The notes under the pieces were generated by a model. It was not told the DNA's origin. It saw nothing but the letters and a program-made list of their open reading frames with translations, and ran no database searches. Of a stretch of DNA of 5,155 nt, positions 1 to 5,155 are shown piece after piece; the stretch's first letter is position 1; each line of letters begins with the position of its first letter. A program made the position numbers and the translations under genes. Source of the stretch: Geosiphon pyriformis uo1 (lineage: Eukaryota > Fungi > Glomeromycota); the NCBI GenBank assembly GCA_016748015.1, contig JAAOMT010000219.1, forward strand, positions 108,250-113,404. Direction: 5' to 3'.

Positions 1-1
1 T

Positions 2-430
2 TATTCACCAAGACCACAAAATCAAAACTACTATCCACCAGCTCCACAATCAATGCAGCAACAATATCAGCAACCTTTACCAATTCAGCCATATCAAATA
101 CCACCCACTCAACAATATCAAGTACCAGCAAGAAGATTGGTTCAACATAACCAATTCACACCCCAAAATCAATTGCAGAATAACCACAACAGAATCAATC
201 CAAATAACCAGTTGGTTCCCTGAAATTCGGGTCAGCAAAGACCCAATCATTATCATACTCAATCCAGTTATCTTACAATACCAGAGGAATCGGATTTTTA
301 ACAAACTGCACTTTCTGAAGATAAAGTTGCAGTACTAAGATCAAACCCTTCCAACCACACCATCTCACCAGCTTAAATTGCCCAAAATGTTAATCTGTCA
401 GATATATTTCCATTTGAATTTGAAGCAAAT
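2..430 (+). pseudogene. Q/P/N/Y-rich low-complexity segment and linker, probably the C-terminal part of Gag
   Basis: Frame +2 reads YSPRPQNQNYYPPAPQSMQQQYQQPLPIQPYQIPPTQQYQVPARRLVQHNQFTPQNQLQNNHNRINPNNQ..., in frame with the protease. Gag assignment is positional only; no CCHC knuckle or capsid motif lies in the window. Confidence 0.6.
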
Positions 431-484
431 GAATTACCATTTCTGCTTAGTAATGCAGCAGTTAATGAACAGAAAGCAATTACT

Positions 485-841
485 GTCATGTACACAGAAG
501 CTACAGTGGAAGGAAAACCCATTCACTTAATCTTAGATAGTGGATTAGCTAGAAGTATCATCACTTACCAGCTGATGCAACAACTCAAACGAAATGTAGA
601 CAGACCAGCTCAAACAGTTATTGTTACAGCTGATAGTATAAAGAAGACTCCAGTAGGAAAAATTGATGATTTCTCTTTTTCAATTGATGGAATCACCATT
701 CCAGTTAAAGTTTTTGTTATGAATGCACCTTAATACCAAGCTCTAGTCAGAAATGATTGGCTTCTCAAGGCCAATGCAAACCTGAACTGGAAAACTCAAA
801 AACTTAAAATCTCATACCAAGGACAATATACTATAGTACTT
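485..841 (+). pseudogene. Retropepsin-type aspartic protease domain (stop at 731-733)
   Basis: VEGKPIHLILDSG with catalytic Asp at 536-538; flap-like IVTADS; after the stop, YQALVRNDWL matches the retropepsin C-terminal ILGxDWL motif with GGA>AGA. Confidence 0.93.
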
Positions 842-910
842 GCAACTTGTAGTACCTTTAACAAACGATTAGAAAAAGCTCCAGTATTTGAATTTGAAGA
901 AGAGAAAGAA

Positions 911-1780
911 ATGCCACTTATTGAAACCTACATGGCTCTTGGATCAACATTCAATTGGGCTGAAGAAACTGAACAAGAGATTTTTGAAGAATCAAGAAGA
1001 TGGAAGAAAGTTAGATATTCTACACCAGAACCACAGAAACAACCACCCTATATTCCACTCAAATGCAAAGATTGCAACAAAAAACTTTCATCAATGGGAG
1101 CATGTATTTTTCCAGAAGAGGAATATGAAACTCATACTTGTTACTTTTGCAAAGCATGCTATAGAGAATGATTTGGATCTCCAAAAAAAAGTGGAAAATG
1201 GGACAACACACCTTGCCTTACATGTGGAGAAATGCTACCAGAAAAATGCAATTGGATTGATGTAGCAATGAGAGAAAAAGTATGTGATCAAACCTGTTAA
1301 TATGCTCTATCAATTTCGGAAAAAGTCAGAAGAGGAACACTATTTGATGTAGCATACAATAGTACTCTCAATAAACTTTACCACTACCCTCATGATGCTG
1401 AAATGATTTTTGACCTAGCAATGGCATTGATCAATGGAGCCACCTAAAAAGATGTCCGCCAAATGAAAGAAGCTAAATACATTGAGTATACTATAGAATT
1501 AGCTGGATTTGATTATGAAGATGAAGTAGAAACCTACCATCAAATTGCAAGCCACACATACTCGACTCAAAAAGCTTAAATTCAATAATTAGAGCAAATG
1601 AACATTCAATTGTGTAAAGAATGCATTATGCCTTGTGATAACAAATGGTGTCCAGAATGCTATGCTTTTAGCATTCCCCTGCCAGAGAAAAATGATGAAA
1701 ATAAAATCGAATTTGGAGTATCTGAACTGGTAGAAAAACTCCCAACCACTCCCATCTATCTTCTTAAAAAACAACCACCT
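911..1780 (+). pseudogene. Unassigned Cys-rich insert in pol: three putative zinc-binding clusters and an acidic, probably helical domain
   Basis: Same frame as PR and dUTPase. CKDC-x24-CKAC (1064-1159), CLTC-x19-CDQTC (1214-1297), ~105 aa Cys-free segment (1301-1612), CKEC-x8-CPEC (1613-1660). Five internal stops, each one transition away from CAA or CGA. Confidence 0.75.
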
Positions 1781-2211
1781 CTACAACTTAAATATTTTGA
1801 CAACTATGGCCAAGGAATCAGACCAGAAAAAGCACACGAAATTGATGCTGGATATGACCTAAAATATCCAGGAAAAAATACTTTGGTTCTCCAACCAAAG
1901 TCCTTAACAAAAATCAATCTCAAAATTGCTCTTGAAATTCCATCTGAAACAATGGTTCAAATTGCATCCAGATCATCATTGGCAAGCAAAGGAATCAATG
2001 TTAAAGGAGGAGTTATAGATGCAGAATACACTGGAGACATTACCATCATGTTACAGAATAAGACAGACAAATCATTCAAAATTGAACATGCTGAAAAATT
2101 GCTCAAGCAATTTACTTATTCTTAATCAACATTTCGAGTTTACAATCAGTAAACAACAGAGAACAATTGGGAAAAAATGAAAAAGGAACTCAAGGTTTTG
2201 GTTCAACTGGA
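1781..2211 (+). pseudogene. dut: Trimeric-family dUTPase domain, frameshifted at ~2098
   Basis: Motif I AGYDL (1847-1861), II SRSSLA (1967-1984), III GVIDAEYTGDI (2009-2041), IV EK/IAQ across the frameshift (2093-2106), V KGTQGFGSTG (2182-2211, R>K). Confidence 0.96.
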
Positions 2212-2283
2212 CGATTTACAGTCCCAGTAAACATAGTTCTTAATACACAAAATGAATTTTACCAGATTTTTCAACTTTCTTAG

Positions 2284-2511
2284 CCAATTACCATTTCACC
2301 TTTTAGAGAACATCACGAAATTTACACTTGCTTAAAACCCACCACTACACAACAAATCTTTGAATCCAATGAACAAATCTGTTTGAAGCATAAAATATCA
2401 ATTCCAAACGTTTATATTCCCAAAGGAATGAAAAAATTTTGAGTTACATTCAACAACCCCAATAATTACCTTATTGTTTTATTAAACAAATTAGAAATTG
2501 GAATCATACAC
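2284..2511 (+). pseudogene. Possible degenerate dUTPase-fold domain between dUTPase and RT
   Basis: PITISPF...QIFESNEQICLKHKISIPNVYIPKG...VTFNNPNNYLIVLLNKLEIGII aligns by eye with the strand pattern of the preceding dUTPase (same N-x13-I spacing) but has none of the catalytic motifs. Confidence 0.45.
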
Positions 2512-2646
2512 AGCAATATTTTTCAAGATGAAAACTCTCAAATTGTCTCTAATTTCATCAAAATTGTAAAGCACATTCTACTCCCAAATCCAAATATCAT
2601 TTCCACTACTGAAAACTACCACTTGTTGAAAGAAAAACTCTCTTAA

Positions 2647-3675
2647 ATCAATATGGGTCCCTTAAAACCTCAACAACAAAGACAATTGAAACAATTGATA
2701 GCTGAATTTGCAGATATATTTGCAAAAGACAACAATGACTTGGGAAAAACAGACATTGTTCAACATTAGATTCATACAGGAGATGCTTTACCAAAACATC
2801 AACAAGCTTATCGAGTGCCACCTGCCAGCCACCAATTCATCAGAGAAGAGGTCCAAAGAATGCTCAATAACGGATTAATTCAACCATCAAGAAGTCTTTG
2901 GGCCTCACCAGTAGTTTTAGTTAAAAAGAAAAACGGAAAAATCAGATTCTGTGTTGATTATAGACAACTAAATAGTGTTACAATTGAAGATGCCTATCCT
3001 CTTCCAAGAATTAATGACATGCTAGATGCTCTAAAAAAAGCCAAGTTTTTTTCAACTTTAGACCTGGAAAGTGGATACTGACAAGTCGAAATGGACCCAA
3101 AAGATAGACCCAAAACAGCATTTACCACTTAAGAAAAAAATTATGAGTTTAATGTTATGCCTTTTGGACTCTGCGATGCATCAGCAACATTTTAGCAACT
3201 TATGGATATTGTCTATGAAGGGCTTTTGTGGCAATCAGTAGTTGTTTATCTTGATGATACTGATGTATACTCACCAAGCTTTGAAGCCCATCTCATTCAT
3301 CTGCGAGAAGTTTTTCAACAATTACAGAAAGCAGAATTAAAGTTAAATATTGAGAAATGTTACTTTGAAAAAACAAGCTTGATCTTTCTTGGACACATAG
3401 TTAGTAAAGATAGAATCAAACCAAATCCAGGAACAATTAGTGCTGTCAAAAACTTTCAAACCCCCAGAAATACTACAGAACTAAAAGGATTTGTGGGATT
3501 AGTTTCTTACTATCAAAAATTCATAAAAAAATTCTCAGAAATTGCTAAACCACTCAATTATCTTACCAACAAAAACATACCATACAAATGGACTGAAGAA
3601 CAACAAAAAACTTTTGAAATTTTTAAAACAAAATTGACAACAGCCCCAGTTCTTGTTTACCCAGACTTCAACAAA
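2647..3675 (+). pseudogene. Ty3/gypsy reverse transcriptase domain with thumb/connection
   Basis: [115 protein letters not shown]. Stops at 2767, 3079, 3130, 3193. Confidence 0.97.
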
Positions 3676-4059
3676 CGATTCCAATTAGCCATTGATGCCT
3701 TACACATAGCATTTGGTGCCATCTTATCACAATTGGATGAAAATGGCCAAGAACAAGTTATTGCCTATGCCAGCAGAACACTCAAGCCAACAGAACTCAA
3801 ATATGGCTCAACTGAATTAGAAGCTGCTGCAGTTATTTGGGCTCTTAAATATTTTCAACAATATCTGAAGAATGGAAAAGAATTTGACATAATAACGGAC
3901 AACATTGGCCTCAAATGGCTTAATAAAAAGAAAACTGAACAAAGTGCCAAACAGTCTCGATGGAATAACTTCCTAGTAGACTACAAATATATTGTACACC
4001 ACAAACCAGGAAAACTACATACCAATGTTGATAGCCTCTCAAGAATGAGACAAGATTAA
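3676..4059 (+). pseudogene. Ty3-type RNase H domain
   Basis: FQLAIDAL (for TDAS; Asp at 3694), GAILSQ, VIAYASRTL, YGSTELEAAAVIWAL, ITDN (Asp at 3898), HKPGKLHTNVDSLSR (Asp at 4030), then TAA at 4057-4059. Confidence 0.95.
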
Positions 4060-4128
4060 TACCAACAACAATTCTACCACAACTTACTAACTTATCAACA
4101 AAAATAACCAAACAAGAATAGATTCCAG
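4060..4128 (+). promoter_or_regulatory. RNaseH-integrase spacer with candidate branch point (TACTAAC) and 3' splice acceptor
   Basis: No G between 4055 and 4115; TACTAAC at 4085-4091; first downstream AGs are AAG (4114-4116), TAG (4119-4121) and CAG (4126-4128). Function is inferred only. Confidence 0.3.
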
Positions 4129-5155
4129 AAACTACAGCAATTTTAAAAATTATTTTGAGACTCTTACCATACCAGAAAACTGGTCTCCAAGTGAAAAACA
4201 CTGTTTACAGCACCAATTAAACAATATTTCATACACCAGAACAAAATTTATTATAAAAATCACAGAAAACCAAACCAGTCACTCAGATTAGTACAAGAGA
4301 ATGAAAAAGAAACAATTTTATACAACATGCACACAGATCCGTCTTCAGCACACTTGGAAAAAGAGTAAACAATTCAAAGAACCCTTGAACATTATTTTTG
4401 GTCTCACATGCAAAAAGACATTCAACAATATGTAGAATCTTGTGATAATTGTCAAAGAAAAAGAGGAACTTGCCCCACAGAACCTTTAAATCCAATCAAA
4501 GTTGGACAACCTTTTGACAGAGTTGGAATTGATTTAGTCAGACCATTATCTATCACAACCCAAGAAAATCGTTATATTGCAATTGCAGTGGATTATCTTA
4601 CCAAATGGCCTGAAGCTAGAGTCATCCAAAGAGCAGATGCAAAATCAGTAGCAAATTTCATCTATGAAGATATTATCTGTAGACATAGATGCCCAATTGA
4701 ACTCTTATCTGATCAAGGAACACATTTTGTGAACAACTTGATACAAGAAATTTGTGAACGGTTCAATGTCAAAAGACCTCTATCATCACCTTATTACCTT
4801 CAAACAAATGGACTTGTAAAACGTTTCAATAGAACATTGTGTGAATCTCTAGCCAAAGTCTCAACAGACTTTGAACAGGAATGAGATATCTTTATTCCAT
4901 CAGTGTTACTAACATACAGAACACTAAAACAAGCTACTATGAAACACACACTATTTAATCTTAGTTATGGAAGGACAGCAACATTACCAATTAATTTCAC
5001 AATGGAAACATACCCAGTGCAACCAATCAATAAAGAAAACTTTCAAGAGACACTCCAAAGAAAAGCCTACACTCTTCTTAGTACACTGAAAGGAAAAAAA
5101 AAAATAGCAGCAACTCATATTGAACATTCTTAAGCTCAACAAAAAGAAAAACATG
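4118..5155 (+). pseudogene. int: Integrase (HHCC zinc-binding domain + rve core), disrupted, 3'-truncated by the window
   Basis: H(4330)-x6-H(4351)...YFW...C(4441)xxC(4450); GID (Asp 4531), VDYLTKW, SDQG (Asp 4711), QTNGLVKRFNRT where the catalytic Glu position (4819, exactly D+36) is AAA. Stops at 4366, 4882, 5131. The 5' boundary (frame +2, 4118-~4218) is less certain. Confidence 0.93.

Larger units (their letters stand above)
2..4059 (+). pseudogene. pol: Disrupted gag-pol polyprotein reading frame (low-complexity tract, PR, Cys-rich insert, dUTPase, RT, RNase H)
   Basis: Frame +2 from 2 to ~2098, then frame +1 after a 1-nt loss in the A-run at 2094-2098. In-frame stops start at 221, 299, 374, 731, 1169, 1298, 1445, 1577, 1586, 2281, 2440, 2644, 2767, 3079, 3130 and 3193; several interrupt conserved motifs (GY*Q for GYWQ, ATF*Q for ATFQ). 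Confidence 0.93.
1..5155 (+). mobile_element. Degenerate Ty3/gypsy (Metaviridae) LTR retrotransposon, internal gag-pol region, truncated by both window edges
   Basis: Domain order PR-RT-RNaseH-IN is the Ty3/gypsy order. Motifs read by hand: LILDSG (527-544), [11 protein letters not shown] / [10 protein letters not shown] / DAYPLPRI (2899-3012), MPFGL (3157-3171), YLDD (3247-3258), DSLSR (4030-4044), HHCC (4330-4452), SDQG (4708-4719). No LTR seen. Confidence 0.97.

Noticed and set aside
77-304. Minus-strand 75-aa hydrophobic ORF that could pass for a membrane or Env-like peptide
   Set aside because: It is the antisense shadow of CAA/CCA/AAC-rich codons (TTG/TGG/GTT = L/W/V); no independent support.
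888-1265. 125-aa ORF in frame +3 overlapping the Cys-rich insert
   Set aside because: No motifs, TTG start, K/N/H-rich composition typical of an off-frame read of A-rich DNA; frame +2 carries the patterned cysteines.
2090-2106. Possible programmed -1 ribosomal frameshift at GAAAAATT
   Set aside because: Not a canonical X XXY YYZ heptamer, no evident downstream structure, and it splits dUTPase motif IV; a 1-nt loss in an A-run (mutation or sequencing error) is simpler.
2647-4059. Prokaryotic RT system (retron, DGR, group II intron) or caulimovirus
   Set aside because: The motifs are Ty3/gypsy-type and are linked to a retropepsin, RNase H and a DDE integrase; caulimoviruses lack integrase; no template/variable repeat pair or CRISPR array was seen.
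1589-4495. Minus-strand ORFs 1589-1774, 3920-4201 and 4283-4495
   Set aside because: Short F/L/I/V-rich antisense shadows of the A-rich pol strand with no recognisable domains.
4907-4919. Second TACTAAC followed by CAG
   Set aside because: Lies inside contiguous integrase coding sequence and probably arose from GCA>ACA in the L-A-Y-R motif; no intron is needed.
5094-5104. A11 run resembling a poly(A) tail or polypurine tract
   Set aside because: The reading frame continues through it into an integrase C-terminal pattern (IEHS*AQQKEKH); no LTR start or target-site duplication follows.
221-5133. Alternative genetic code (TAA/TAG = Gln) explaining the stops
   Set aside because: TGA stops, frameshifts and missense transitions at catalytic residues co-occur, and CAA remains abundant; mutational decay explains all of them.

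Overview
The whole window is the internal region of one degenerate Ty3/gypsy (Metaviridae) LTR retrotransposon on the + strand; no LTR, PBS or PPT is visible and both ends are truncated. Hand translation through the stops gives this order: Q/P/N/Y-rich (probably Gag C-terminal) tract, aspartic protease (LDSG), ~300 aa unassigned insert with three Cys4-type zinc-finger-like clusters and an acidic, probably helical domain, dUTPase with all five motifs, probable second catalytically dead dUTPase-like domain, reverse transcriptase (YLDD), RNase H, then a stop and ~58-nt spacer, then integrase (HHCC, D-D35-E with E mutated to K). The frame is +2 from 2 to ~2098 and +1 afterwards, with a short +2 segment at 4118-~4218. 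About 20 in-frame stops and two 1-nt frameshifts inactivate this copy; nearly all lesions fit C>T/G>A transitions with a 5'-pyrimidine bias. The supplied ORFs are fragments of this polyprotein or shadow ORFs. The sequence looks like a eukaryotic, probably fungal repeat (Glomeromycotina-like from my recollection of similar proteins; unverified). Most interesting: the zinc-finger/dUTPase/pseudo-dUTPase cargo between PR and RT, and a possibly separately encoded integrase preceded by a TACTAAC..AG splice-acceptor-like signal.
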